Virus record (IMG/VR): IMGVR_UViG_3300037483_000175
Length of the DNA: 45,864 nt
Direction: 5' to 3' (one strand)
DNA from: a virus
Positions 10,076 through 19,862 of the stretch are shown here, one piece after another (the stretch's first letter is position 1; every line of letters starts with the position of its first letter). A program made the translations under genes and the position numbers. The notes below the pieces were generated by a model that ran no database searches, was not told where the DNA came from, and saw nothing but the letters and a program-made list of their open reading frames with translations.

Positions 10076-10170
10076 GATTTCTCCTTATTGGTTTTAGCTT
10101 GCAGCTGTGATAATTCCGCCTACAATAGTAGTTGGACCCGATTTCTATTCCATTCATAGTTTCCCCTAAA

Positions 10171-12015
10171 TTATACAAAAGCAATTTCATGTTCTGTTCC
10201 AGAGCCATCCTGAAAGTAAACTTTATTATCTGACTTGGTATAAATTTTTCCGTAATTAGTTACAGCTGATGGAGTGGTGCTCTCCTTTAGACACAAAACA
10301 CCAGCCTCCGAAGTGATTCCAGAACTATTAATAGCCACTTCTAAAGTTGTTCCTAATTTGAATTCATATGAAGAAGCACGTTCTTCCATGATACAATAAA
10401 CGGCTCCAGAAAGGTTATATTGCTGAAATAAATTTCTATTTGTATCAAAGCCAGAAAAAGACATAATACTTTCGGCACCAGCATTACTAACAGACATATC
10501 GGCCCCAAAAGTCACACTATCAGTTGTAAGTAAAGACTGGTTTAGTCCTATTACAGTTCCTCCCTCGGTACGGAAATACGGACAAGCATTACCGGCAGCA
10601 AAATCTTTGGAGTACATCACAACACCGTCTGTTAATGACCCGGTGGGGGCAGTTCCCGTATAAAGACCGAAGGAGTTAGTGGCCGTTGCCGGACTTGTGG
10701 TGCCGCCCAATAACATATTTGTGGATTCTGTAACCCGTAATAACTCTGTGGAACTGGATATATAGGCCGTATTCTTTACCACGGCAAAATAGTTAGCCGT
10801 ACTGTTATTGTTAGAGTCTATAGCTACAATAGCGTTACCTCGGGAGAACATACACATTTCCTCTCCCAGGGTCCCAAATCGCGAATTGTTGGAATCTGAT
10901 CTAAATTCGGCAACGGGGTCTGCCCCCGTGGCTTGAATGTTAACAGCCCCTGACGTGACTCCTAAGAATGTGACGCTATCGCCCGTCCCTAATCCCAGAC
11001 TGGTCCTAGCCGTGTCACCAGACTCAGCCACCCAAGTCGTACCGTTACCTACAATAAAGTTGCTGTCCGCTCTTGACAGTCCAGCAATGGGAGCCAACCC
11101 CTGTGTGAAGTTTGTCGTAGTGGTACTGCCGCCACTAGTGAGGGACTGTATAATAAGATCGCCGTCATCCCCTGTCTCTGTGCCGTCAGAGTGCCAAATG
11201 CCAGTCGCGCCATTAGCGGTGGTAGGATCAGCGGAAACCGCAAACATCCCCAGAGTCCCTGCGACATTCACTCCATACGGCCCCGAATCACACAAGAGTC
11301 CGATACCGTCTGAACTTATTCCTATGCCAGCCTCACCGGCTGTGTACCGCAAAATTAGCGGACTACCATCTGATAGAATATATGGCGGGTTTACGCCCGT
11401 CCCCGTCAGGTTTATATTTTCCCACGTTGGGCTATCACCCGTGCCAAGACCGAGACTGGTCCGAGCTGTGTCCCCCGATTCGTAGGCAAAGGCCCCGGCA
11501 CCCGTACCAACAATAAACTGACCGTCCGAAGCTGCCACACCGAGTGTGTTCAAATCATCCAGAACGGCGCTATATGCCTGCGTAACGGAGCCGACCTTCA
11601 AGTCCGCGCCGTCTACGCTCGTCCACGAGTAATTATGCAGATCCGTATCGACCGTGAAGGTTATCGTGTCGGACGCAGGCGTCCCAACCACCGTTAGACG
11701 AGCGTTGGCAGACGCAAGAGTGAGGGTATCGTTCGCCGCGTCTGCGACCACATCGTCGGCTATACCGGTTATCGTCTTAAACGCATGGTTACTCGCGACC
11801 GCCGATCCGACATACGTGGCGATAGCTTTCTCCGTGGGCACCGCCGAATCGGAGTTATCCGCAAACGTACCGTCCGTGGAGAACTCGGTTATAGTGTTGA
11901 CAAGGGTCAAGCTCTCTAGGTTAGGGTTGTGCAGTACCCGGAAAGCAAGGTCATTAATAATGCCTTCAAGCTGAATCCAGTCATGCGCAACTAAATTATA
12001 GAACTGGCGAGCCAT
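10171..12015 (-). CDS. Tail fibre / receptor-binding protein
   Basis: Gly/Thr/Ser-rich 614 aa. Duplicated (Y/A)ESGDTARTSLGLGTGDS junction motif, of the R..LGLG type seen in phage fibres. The distal third is clearly more AT-rich. Confidence 0.65.
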   Translation of the reverse strand: MARQFYNLVAHDWIQLEGIINDLAFRVLHNPNLESLTLVNTITEFSTDGTFADNSDSAVPTEKAIATYVGSAVASNHAFKTITGIADDVVADAANDTLTLASANARLTVVGTPASDTITFTVDTDLHNYSWTSVDGADLKVGSVTQAYSAVLDDLNTLGVAASDGQFIVGTGAGAFAYESGDTARTSLGLGTGDSPTWENINLTGTGVNPPYILSDGSPLILRYTAGEAGIGISSDGIGLLCDSGPYGVNVAGTLGMFAVSADPTTANGATGIWHSDGTETGDDGDLIIQSLTSGGSTTTTNFTQGLAPIAGLSRADSNFIVGNGTTWVAESGDTARTSLGLGTGDSVTFLGVTSGAVNIQATGADPVAEFRSDSNNSRFGTLGEEMCMFSRGNAIVAIDSNNNSTANYFAVVKNTAYISSSTELLRVTESTNMLLGGTTSPATATNSFGLYTGTAPTGSLTDGVVMYSKDFAAGNACPYFRTEGGTVIGLNQSLLTTDSVTFGADMSVSNAGAESIMSFSGFDTNRNLFQQYNLSGAVYCIMEERASSYEFKLGTTLEVAINSSGITSEAGVLCLKESTTPSAVTNYGKIYTKSDNKVYFQDGSGTEHEIAFV

Positions 12016-12665
12016 TAGAAGCTATACGCCTTTCTCGAAGTGGCGCTGCTTCCGCTACTCGATGCAGCGGCCAATTGTTGCTTCTGTAAATCAAGCTGCT
12101 GTTGTTGCAGATCTAGTTGCCTCTTTGCGTTAGCGGCGGATTGCTGCTGGCCCTGCTGCTGTAGCTGGAAGTTACGCGAGGCGTTCGCAGCGTTTATATT
12201 CTGCCCACGAATATCAGCGGCGTACCCGAGATCCTGCCCCCGCTGTGAAGTGCTGGCCCCGAGATACGTATTGAAGAACGGGTCCTGACTGGCGGCTGTC
12301 GTACCCGCCTGTTGAGCCTGGAGGGCAGACAATGCCTGTAGGGCCTGATTCAAAAACTGCGTTCTCGTATCCTCTACCCCGAGTAACCCCTGGGATAGGT
12401 CCTTATTCACCCGCAACCCGGTAGCCGTAGCGAGCGACCCGCTACTCATACCCGACGCGACCTGGTTCGTCAAAGCCTCCGCCTTAGCCTGCTTTGCCTG
12501 TTGTTCCAGTAGACTACGCTGCCCGGCCCCATAGCCGCCGCCTACAGCGAACATACTTGCCGCCTGCTTTAAGGGCTCCGCAGCCGTTCTGAATTGCTGC
12601 TGGGCTGTATTCTGCGACTGAAGCCATCTATCTAGGGCCGTATTATATTCATTCTGAAGAGCCAT
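12015..12665 (-). CDS. Gln-rich coiled-coil virion protein
   Basis: 216 aa with QLQQQGQQQ and LDLQQQQLDLQKQQL tracts. Translationally coupled on both sides. Confidence 0.6.
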   Translation of the reverse strand: MALQNEYNTALDRWLQSQNTAQQQFRTAAEPLKQAASMFAVGGGYGAGQRSLLEQQAKQAKAEALTNQVASGMSSGSLATATGLRVNKDLSQGLLGVEDTRTQFLNQALQALSALQAQQAGTTAASQDPFFNTYLGASTSQRGQDLGYAADIRGQNINAANASRNFQLQQQGQQQSAANAKRQLDLQQQQLDLQKQQLAAASSSGSSATSRKAYSF

Positions 12666-14179
12666 TATTTTACCTTTCCTGTTTCAGCGGCTTCTACCGC
12701 TACACTCTCAACCGTCCAGCCCGAACTGGCCGACGTATTCGACAAGACGATACCGACCGCCCCGGCATGCGCCACATTACGCATGGACGGGTTGCTGCCG
12801 TGCGTGGTGACGGTACGGGCTATTTTAGGGGCGGCTCCGTTCTGTACAGCTTCGACTACCTCAGACGCGGTATCTTTTGCGAACACACCTACCGTTACAC
12901 TATCCGTATCTTCACCAACTTCCACGGACATCTCTCGTATCTTGACTTTCGCCTTAACGTTTTGCGAGGTTAGCGGCGAGTACAGGGCTAGGCTTTCTAT
13001 CGTCTCCCCGTCATCACCGGTATTGCCCTCGTCCCAGGTACGTACGTATCCATCCTGGCACCCAAACAGCAGCTTACGATCAGAGGCCCGTCGAGCGTTA
13101 AGGTAAAGCATCGACGTTGCGTAGTGGCTGGAGTTAAACACGTCGGGGAATACGCCGCCGGTACGCAGATCCAGCCAGAAAGAGGCGTTCCAGGCGCCGT
13201 CAAGTTGAGTAGCGGAGATCGCGATACCATAGCGATCTTTATCGTAAGCCATCGCCACGCGGTCGGTCCTGCGGTTTAGCCCCATCGCGGAAAGCAGTCT
13301 CGGTACATTCTCCTTGGTTATATTCTGCGGGGCGTTTCCGTCAATAATATCACTCGCCGACATTACGTAAACGCCGTCCGAACCGATAAAGAACAGATTG
13401 TTCTTATCGTCCCAGCAGTACGACGTGTTACTGAAGATACCGGTAGTATCAGAAAGCGTCGTAAACGACCCGCCTTTCGCCGGATCAGCACGCATTACGT
13501 ACATCGTATTGAGGCACCCGAATACCTGCATGTTGCCCTTGTACGGAATCAGCGCGATAAGCTGATCGCCAACGAGCCCGGCGGACGTGGTGGCTTGACT
13601 ATTCTGGGGAGACGCGACATCGTCCGCGACTAGCAACAAATCAAGCGGATCGCCCACCCGCGTACAGAACCACTGATGCGGATGGTCTACGCTGTTCATA
13701 AACACGCGGCCCCAGCACAACGATAGTATGTTCGACCCCCCGTCGGGAAACTCCCCGTCGGTAAGTGTCCAGTTCAACCAGTGCGGCGGGGCTGCAACAG
13801 CCGACGGCGTGAGCGTCTCGCTTGAGTCGGAGCCGGTAACTACGTTGGTCGCATCGAACTCGGTCGTACTGGTTCGGTACACCATGTGCCAATAAATCGG
13901 ACCCGCTCGCGTTACCAGTTCGCCGTAAATACCTGTCGCTCCGGAGGTGGCCTGCGTAACTACTTCGCCCGCAGTAAACGCGCCAGACGCTACACCTACC
14001 AGGCGAGTATTAATCATATCGAGTTTATGATACCCGCTGTCGGCTATGGTAGCGGAATACTCGCGACCATCGGCGAAATACATACGCTGATAAGCAGCCT
14101 GTAGCGCCACCTGGCCCGAGGTATCGAGATCCCCAGATACAAAGCCATGCGACGCGGATAGCGCGGTTAAGGTAGCCAT
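12665..14179 (-). CDS. Tail-associated structural protein
   Basis: ATG at 14179 lies just after the upstream stop (14181). 504 aa, beta-rich. Confidence 0.6.
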   Translation of the reverse strand: MATLTALSASHGFVSGDLDTSGQVALQAAYQRMYFADGREYSATIADSGYHKLDMINTRLVGVASGAFTAGEVVTQATSGATGIYGELVTRAGPIYWHMVYRTSTTEFDATNVVTGSDSSETLTPSAVAAPPHWLNWTLTDGEFPDGGSNILSLCWGRVFMNSVDHPHQWFCTRVGDPLDLLLVADDVASPQNSQATTSAGLVGDQLIALIPYKGNMQVFGCLNTMYVMRADPAKGGSFTTLSDTTGIFSNTSYCWDDKNNLFFIGSDGVYVMSASDIIDGNAPQNITKENVPRLLSAMGLNRRTDRVAMAYDKDRYGIAISATQLDGAWNASFWLDLRTGGVFPDVFNSSHYATSMLYLNARRASDRKLLFGCQDGYVRTWDEGNTGDDGETIESLALYSPLTSQNVKAKVKIREMSVEVGEDTDSVTVGVFAKDTASEVVEAVQNGAAPKIARTVTTHGSNPSMRNVAHAGAVGIVLSNTSASSGWTVESVAVEAAETGKVK

Positions 14180-14180
14180 A

Positions 14181-15365
14181 TTATAAACTTCCGAAATAAA
14201 TAACCTTGTGCCCAATCACAACGATCTGGCTCTGTAACGATCCGCCACCGGCTACATCTAAATCGCCTATAGGCGCCCACTCGCCGTTGGGTACGTCCCA
14301 GCCAGCGTCTTCGTCGTAGTCGAGGGGTCGCGGCTCGGCAGGAGAGTACTTGAATCCAGTCGTAAACCCCCAAACATCGCCCACCGTTTCGCCGTGGACG
14401 TTCTTTGCGGTGACGCTCCAAGCGTAATAGGTGCTGCCGGAAAGCGGCCAGTAGGCGTATGTATTTAAGTCGTAATACTCGTTAGTCGTGTCTTCCTCTA
14501 CTAACTCGCCGTTTACATACACGTCAAAAGTCTGATAGAGCTTTCCGCCGTCCCAGTACAGGCGGCTCTGTGTAGTGCTTACGCGCCCCCGCCCGTCACT
14601 TGGCGTCGGGTTAGTCGCTATTCCCGGCGATGGGTCAAAGTACCATACATCACCCTCGGTTGTCCCGGCATCGTTATTCGAGTCGATCCGCCAGTACACG
14701 GCAGAGTTAGTCGGAAAATCTTCTTCGGATACTGTATACGGATTGTCGGTTGTACCGCTCGCTATTAGCGATAGCGTTCCGGCAGAGGTACCTATATACA
14801 CGTCGTAATCATCACCATCACCGCTCCACGATAGTTTATTATCAAAACACCCATCGATCTCTGTTTCGTTTGCTGGCGAGGGATTCGAGGCTTTAGATGG
14901 GGGGCTACCCGCCTCGGCGTATACATCAAAACACGAAACCGTCTTATTTGTCCACCCCCAATCGATGCGGTGGTCCGCACGCGGGCCGGCAATATGGTTC
15001 CCAGTTTCGACGACCTCAACCATTATATATCGCCCGGTTTTTGGTGTGGTAGCTTCCTCCTGCCACGAAGTAGTAAGTTCCCAGGAAGAAATCCCTGTTG
15101 CTACAGCCGCGCCCCACGAACCAACTGTATCGCTGACGTAGATATTTACATCATACGGATTATTGCTCGTGTTAGACCTTCCACGAACTGCGGAAACTTC
15201 GACCGAACTGCCGAGGTCCAAAATAAACCAGTGGGTTTCGTTTGTTAGGTGCATCCACCCGTACTGAATGCTGCCGGACGCGAGCATGTCGTTTACGGTA
15301 TTCCCGCCATAACTTCCACACGAACTGTGGAAGTTAGCTGGGCTAACTTCTAGCCAACCCGCCAT
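14181..15365 (-). CDS. Putative tail fibre / adhesin with FN3-like and carbohydrate-binding-like modules
   Basis: ATG at 15365 overlaps the upstream stop (TAATG). Repeated P(S/T)P...W...Y.V segments such as NPTPSDG...YWDG...FDVYVNG and SNPSPANETE...LSWSG...YDVYIG. Confidence 0.5.
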   Translation of the reverse strand: MAGWLEVSPANFHSSCGSYGGNTVNDMLASGSIQYGWMHLTNETHWFILDLGSSVEVSAVRGRSNTSNNPYDVNIYVSDTVGSWGAAVATGISSWELTTSWQEEATTPKTGRYIMVEVVETGNHIAGPRADHRIDWGWTNKTVSCFDVYAEAGSPPSKASNPSPANETEIDGCFDNKLSWSGDGDDYDVYIGTSAGTLSLIASGTTDNPYTVSEEDFPTNSAVYWRIDSNNDAGTTEGDVWYFDPSPGIATNPTPSDGRGRVSTTQSRLYWDGGKLYQTFDVYVNGELVEEDTTNEYYDLNTYAYWPLSGSTYYAWSVTAKNVHGETVGDVWGFTTGFKYSPAEPRPLDYDEDAGWDVPNGEWAPIGDLDVAGGGSLQSQIVVIGHKVIYFGSL

Positions 15366-16549
15366 TACACAACCTCGTAGTAGTAAATTTCGCCCTGCTC
15401 GCCGATAAATATCGCGTAATCGGCTCGGCTCCCTGCGGCAGTCACACGAGTATCCGACCACGTAGCTGTTTCCTCATCCCAGTATAGATCGGGGTCGTAG
15501 TCCGATATGCGCAGTGTTGGCCAGCCACTTGCATCCTGGTACGCCTGGCGGCTCAAATCAGCAACTACTGCCGCTGCTACTTCCAGTAATTCAGTTAGGG
15601 CGACTGTCTCGGAGGCCAACAGGACCGCTCCGGTAACCGATACCTGTAGTACTTCCGAGTGCCCGATAGTCTCTACGGCTATCCCTACCGCCCCTGTACC
15701 GGACACCGCGAGCGCCCCTTCGTTGTACCCGACACCAGTCTCGTATATCGCGACCGAGCCGCTACCTGAAACGGCTAATGTTTCGGCCGCCCAGGCTACC
15801 ACTTCTGAACTAATCGCTGCTACTGCTGCTGCGGCAACCGCTAACGTTTCGGTTATAGCTACTGTCTCGGAAGCAAGCAGTACTGCTCCGGTGCCGCTTA
15901 CCGCCAGTGTGCCCTCCGCGTAACCGGGGTGCTCAACAGATAGGGTGACCGCCCCGCTACCCGCTACGGCAAGTGCGCCCTCTTCGTACAGCCAGCCTTC
16001 TCCAACAATCGCTGCCGACCCGTCACCAGAAACGGACAGGGTTCCCTCGTCGTAGTTAGCCGCTGAGCTACTGTAGACCTCAAACATGAAGTCGTAACCG
16101 GCGTTGGTTGTCCAGGTGGACCCGCTATCAGTAGAGTAGACATACATGCCGCCAGCATAGGTGGGCGACGAAGAGTCCGCACCCCAATAGGCACCTGTGG
16201 TTTCATTAGAACTATACACCAATAGCGCATACTGGGTGGTATCAACTATGGCGTAGGAGGTCATGCCTATTTCTTGAAACTCGCCTAGCTGATTTACTTC
16301 TGTTATACTAGTTTTGGCTATAGACCCGGTCGACAGAACCGGCCCGGTAGGTTTCCCATCTCCGTCAACGGCTTTAAGTTCAACTACAACGTTACCGGTA
16401 GGGGTGCCAGACCGATACATTTGTAGTTTCACAGACCCGAGAGAGTAGGAGCTTTCTGCGGTAAAAGTCTGCGCCCTTATCCGTATGGCGTAGCCGTATA
16501 TAGTAAGCGCTCCATTTGCGCCAGTATTGTAGTATTCTTGCAGAGCCAT
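15365..16549 (-). CDS. Virion protein with about 6 tandem EG(A/T)LAVSG(T/S)GAV-type repeats
   Basis: ATG at 16549 lies after the upstream stop (16551). Internal repeats can be read in the translation and in the DNA (e.g. 15595-15640 vs 15862-15900). Confidence 0.6.
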   Translation of the reverse strand: MALQEYYNTGANGALTIYGYAIRIRAQTFTAESSYSLGSVKLQMYRSGTPTGNVVVELKAVDGDGKPTGPVLSTGSIAKTSITEVNQLGEFQEIGMTSYAIVDTTQYALLVYSSNETTGAYWGADSSSPTYAGGMYVYSTDSGSTWTTNAGYDFMFEVYSSSAANYDEGTLSVSGDGSAAIVGEGWLYEEGALAVAGSGAVTLSVEHPGYAEGTLAVSGTGAVLLASETVAITETLAVAAAAVAAISSEVVAWAAETLAVSGSGSVAIYETGVGYNEGALAVSGTGAVGIAVETIGHSEVLQVSVTGAVLLASETVALTELLEVAAAVVADLSRQAYQDASGWPTLRISDYDPDLYWDEETATWSDTRVTAAGSRADYAIFIGEQGEIYYYEVV

Positions 16550-16550
16550 A

Positions 16551-16967
16551 TTACCCGGCCAAAGTAATCTCAAAAGCAAGGGTCAACGTGTCACCATCGT
16601 TTAGCGTTCGCGTTTCGCTTAACTGCTGCGAAGCAAGCAATTTGCCGGTGTCGTCAACCGTTGTACACAGAAACGCGGTTACCGCCCCGTCCCACGTGCC
16701 GCCAGCGGTGAACGTTACTTCGGCCGTGGTTACCTTGCGGTCGGCCGTGCCTGCTGTTGCCGACGTAATATCTACGTTATCAGACGCGACCGTTTGCCGG
16801 GCATAGCCAGTCCCGGTTACCTCTGTTTGATCGCCCAAACTGGCGTCCTCCGCGAGCGCTGCGTCCGTGCAAAGCCCTACATAAAAATTAGCGGGGGCGC
16901 TTTGTTCCTCAGTAAATGCCACTTCAAGAAGGTACTGTAGACCCTCGGTGTGTAGTTCTGCCGCCAT
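16551..16967 (-). CDS. Putative virion protein
   Basis: 138-aa ORF with SD aaggagccggagg upstream. Confidence 0.6.
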   Translation of the reverse strand: MAAELHTEGLQYLLEVAFTEEQSAPANFYVGLCTDAALAEDASLGDQTEVTGTGYARQTVASDNVDITSATAGTADRKVTTAEVTFTAGGTWDGAVTAFLCTTVDDTGKLLASQQLSETRTLNDGDTLTLAFEITLAG

Positions 16968-16968
16968 A

Positions 16969-17181
16969 CTATGCCTCCGGCTCCTTATACGTAGTTGTAA
17001 TCACCGCCATTGCTATAACGGGATGCGTACCGCCTACCTGCGTCGTGTACGCCTTTTCGAGTCCGGGGCGCTGGCCGCCGGTGAGTTGCTCGGATTCCGA
17101 GCTTGCCTCATCGGCGGCGCTGAACGCCCTAACGTTTTGTAGAACTGGAGAGGTCGCCGGTGGCTGTTCTGCCGCCGTCAC
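16969..17181 (-). CDS. Possible small protein with uncertain start (GTG at 17181?)
   Basis: The frame is open from 17337 to 16969, but there is no ATG downstream of the previous gene's stop (17232). GTG at 17181 is the first plausible start. Confidence 0.25.
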   Translation of the reverse strand: MTAAEQPPATSPVLQNVRAFSAADEASSESEQLTGGQRPGLEKAYTTQVGGTHPVIAMAVITTTYKEPEA

Positions 17182-17231
17182 GCCCTCATGCAGCCCTTTG
17201 TAGGGAAAGGGGAGTCTAATTGTAGTACTCC

Positions 17232-17495
17232 TTAATCGCTTACAATTGTAATTACGTTGAAGTTCGGAGAGGCCGCAGTACCGATATTGAAGTATTTTAT
17301 AGACGGCCCGGCGGCTACCACCTTCGTATAGGTACATCCCGGCGCGTATACGTTAGCCTCCGCTTCCAGTACGGTATAGGCCGCAGTTCCGTAGCACTCC
17401 ATAATACCGTCTTCCGTAACGAAAGTAGCGCGTACTGTTGCGGACGCAGCCGGTGCGGGTACCATGTTTTCGAGTTTCCAGCCCATGTGAGCCAT
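17232..17495 (-). CDS. Small virion protein (87 aa)
   Basis: ATG at 17495 is preceded by taggagattaatc and lies just after the upstream stop (17498). Confidence 0.6.
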   Translation of the reverse strand: MAHMGWKLENMVPAPAASATVRATFVTEDGIMECYGTAAYTVLEAEANVYAPGCTYTKVVAAGPSIKYFNIGTAASPNFNVITIVSD

Positions 17496-17497
17496 GA

Positions 17498-18790
17498 TTA
17501 ATCTCCTAATGATCCGTTGTAGGTTACTGGATTCCACCGGCGTAATTGCGGATACTTGGATGCCCGAGAACGAATCAAGTGAGCGTTCATACGGGCGTCT
17601 TTTTCATACGCGAGCCGCAAATCTTTCTGGTGGTACTTGTCGGAACGTCCCGACGTAATGTTTTCAAACGTCAATTCGGCCATAGCGAAACAGGCCGACT
17701 TTATAGCAAAATCGAACGCGACGCCCGCTGGATGCAGATTATTCGCAGGCTCCACGGTATATACACTTGCGGTGGTTGGGTCAACGGTAAACCACGTATC
17801 GGCGGTAAACGTAAACGTGCCCGTGCTTGCCGTGTAATCGGCAACCGTAGCTGACTCACCTTTACCTGGGCCGTCTATAATCGTTACCGTCCACCCGTTA
17901 AAATAATCATCCGTTTCAGAACGCTCGCTATCAGCAAACAGGTAACTGCCCGCATCTAAACTGGTCACTACTCCAGACTCTATATCGAGCCGGTTGAACA
18001 CCGTTGCGTACGGGAAAACCAGTACATCGGCCTGCGCGGGATACGGATAAACCAATAACTCATACCGCCGTTTCGGCCCTAGACCGGTTTGCGGTTCGAG
18101 CGGGCGGATAGCGGCTTTTCGCGGATAACCGGTACTGGTTTCGTTTTGAAGGTGTTCACGTATTTCGGACTCCGATACCCACTCGATTTTCTGCGTATGG
18201 CTGGTGCCACGAGCGTAGGTCAGCTTGCCTGTTACCTCCCCGCCGAAATCTTCAGGAAGCGGATACCTGCCGGGGTCCCCGGCTACGGTTTCGTACGGAG
18301 TCAGAATGTAGCCTGAATCCGCATCGGGATCGGTTCCCCCTGCGTTACCGTACTCGTCCAACCAGTCAGCGACTGCAACCGTACCAGTCAGGGTCGTATA
18401 ATCCGTTATTACGGCGAAACTACCTGCGCCAGTTCCAGACGATATGTAGCAATACCAGCCGTTAAGATCGTCGTCTTCGTCGTACGCGGCGGATAGGGTC
18501 GAATCTACGAGCGTAGTAGTGCTCGCAGAATCAGCCGTACCAGTTACGTTTACGCTAGAAATAGGAATCTCCGCGAGTCGCTTTCTCCACTGCCACCCGT
18601 TCGGCGGGGCGTCGTTAATGAACATCTCAATAGCGTCATTAACTACATCCTTCACGTCACCTAAATCATCCTGATTGACCGGGATCATACTTCGACTCGT
18701 GCCGCTAGGCCCGTTGTATGCTAGGCTAGCCTCACGAGCGACGCGGGTACATAGCTCGGTCATTGTTACTTTACTGGTCGGTTCCGACAT
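17498..18790 (-). CDS. Putative head-tail connector or tail structural protein
   Basis: 430-aa ORF downstream of the capsid genes, with SD ggagg 6 nt before the ATG. Confidence 0.5.
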   Translation of the reverse strand: MSEPTSKVTMTELCTRVAREASLAYNGPSGTSRSMIPVNQDDLGDVKDVVNDAIEMFINDAPPNGWQWRKRLAEIPISSVNVTGTADSASTTTLVDSTLSAAYDEDDDLNGWYCYISSGTGAGSFAVITDYTTLTGTVAVADWLDEYGNAGGTDPDADSGYILTPYETVAGDPGRYPLPEDFGGEVTGKLTYARGTSHTQKIEWVSESEIREHLQNETSTGYPRKAAIRPLEPQTGLGPKRRYELLVYPYPAQADVLVFPYATVFNRLDIESGVVTSLDAGSYLFADSERSETDDYFNGWTVTIIDGPGKGESATVADYTASTGTFTFTADTWFTVDPTTASVYTVEPANNLHPAGVAFDFAIKSACFAMAELTFENITSGRSDKYHQKDLRLAYEKDARMNAHLIRSRASKYPQLRRWNPVTYNGSLGD

Positions 18791-18992
18791 CGGTAGCCTC
18801 CAGCGTTACTTCCGGTTCTTCTTCGGTATCTACTACTGGTGGCTTAGCCTGTAGGGCAAAAGATAGCTCTACGCGTCGCTGCACAGCCCGTACATCTTGA
18901 ACCAATTGCAGATGTTGCATTCGCGGCAAATTCATAGCCGCGACCACGCTATCGAGCCTGGCTAGCGCTTGTTTTATTTCCTGTTCATTCAT
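18771..18992 (-). CDS. Small hypothetical protein (73 aa)
   Basis: ATG at 18992 behind ggagagtagt. The longer track ORF would need a TTG start. Confidence 0.5.
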   Translation of the reverse strand: MNEQEIKQALARLDSVVAAMNLPRMQHLQLVQDVRAVQRRVELSFALQAKPPVVDTEEEPEVTLEATDVGTDQ

Positions 18993-19048
18993 ACTACTCT
19001 CCAAAATAAAGCCGGGGCCTCCCTGCCCCAAGCCTTATCGTAAAAGCG

Positions 19049-19828
19049 TTACGGCATGATCTGAAGCATCACGACCGGAGGCGTCTGGGTCGATCCGCGA
19101 CCTAGAACGAAGCCGATACACTGATCGCTAACGTAATCATAGGCGGCTACGTTCGACAGCACGTCGAGGGAGCCGTCGTGGCGCCCGTAGACTGCCCGGA
19201 TATGCTTCGCCGCCTGCACCGATGCTTGCGGGGACACCCAAGCGGGACCCCATGTCTGCGTCCAGTGGTACACGGAAGCAGCGGATACGACTGTGGCAGG
19301 CACTCCAGCCCACGATACGGAGCCGTCGAAGTTACCGGATCGTAGATCGCTAAACGGATTGTAGGCTACTTCTACGCCCGTAGAAGTAGTAATTGCCGCC
19401 GTTAGCGGAGCGTCCAGATAAATCGTGACCGTACTGGCCGAGGCCGCAGTGTTCCCAACGATACCGCGAAGCTGCATAGAGGATGTCGAGTGGTTTAGAA
19501 GAACCTGCCCGCCGCGAAGCTCGTCTTTGGTGAAGGTCTGGGAGGCAACCGTAATCGAACTATCTCTAATAGCCTGCGCAGCGGCTACCGTCGTGTAATC
19601 AATGGCGTTCGCGTTGTAGAACGCGGACAGCAAACCGGGATAGCAGGCCGCACCAGACAGGCCGTAGTAAAACACGCGGCTGTCAGGCAATACCACCTTA
19701 TCTCCGATATTCCATCCGGGGTCCCGCACTGTAGAGGCCCGGTACAAAAACTCCCAATCAGGACCAGTGTCGCTCTGGATTATTCCCTGGCTGCCCATAT
19801 AGTGTACTCTTGCTTTTCCTTTAGCCAT
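19049..19828 (-). CDS. Virion structural protein directly after the major capsid gene (possible decoration or auxiliary capsid protein)
   Basis: 259-aa ORF with SD aaggagc. Call rests on position only. Confidence 0.45.
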   Translation of the reverse strand: MAKGKARVHYMGSQGIIQSDTGPDWEFLYRASTVRDPGWNIGDKVVLPDSRVFYYGLSGAACYPGLLSAFYNANAIDYTTVAAAQAIRDSSITVASQTFTKDELRGGQVLLNHSTSSMQLRGIVGNTAASASTVTIYLDAPLTAAITTSTGVEVAYNPFSDLRSGNFDGSVSWAGVPATVVSAASVYHWTQTWGPAWVSPQASVQAAKHIRAVYGRHDGSLDVLSNVAAYDYVSDQCIGFVLGRGSTQTPPVVMLQIMP

Positions 19829-19862
19829 ATCAAAGCTCCTTGTTAAAGGTTAGGTGTTGCGA

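Noticed and set aside
10171-12015. Diversity-generating retroelement targeting the tail fibre, prompted by the internal duplicated motif
   Set aside because: The genome has no reverse transcriptase and no template/variable repeat pair with adenine-specific differences. The duplication is an ordinary protein-level junction motif.
17232-17337. Programmed -1 frameshift joining the 87-aa gene to the downstream open frame
   Set aside because: There is no slippery heptamer or obvious downstream structure in the overlap. It is kept only as a low-interest note.
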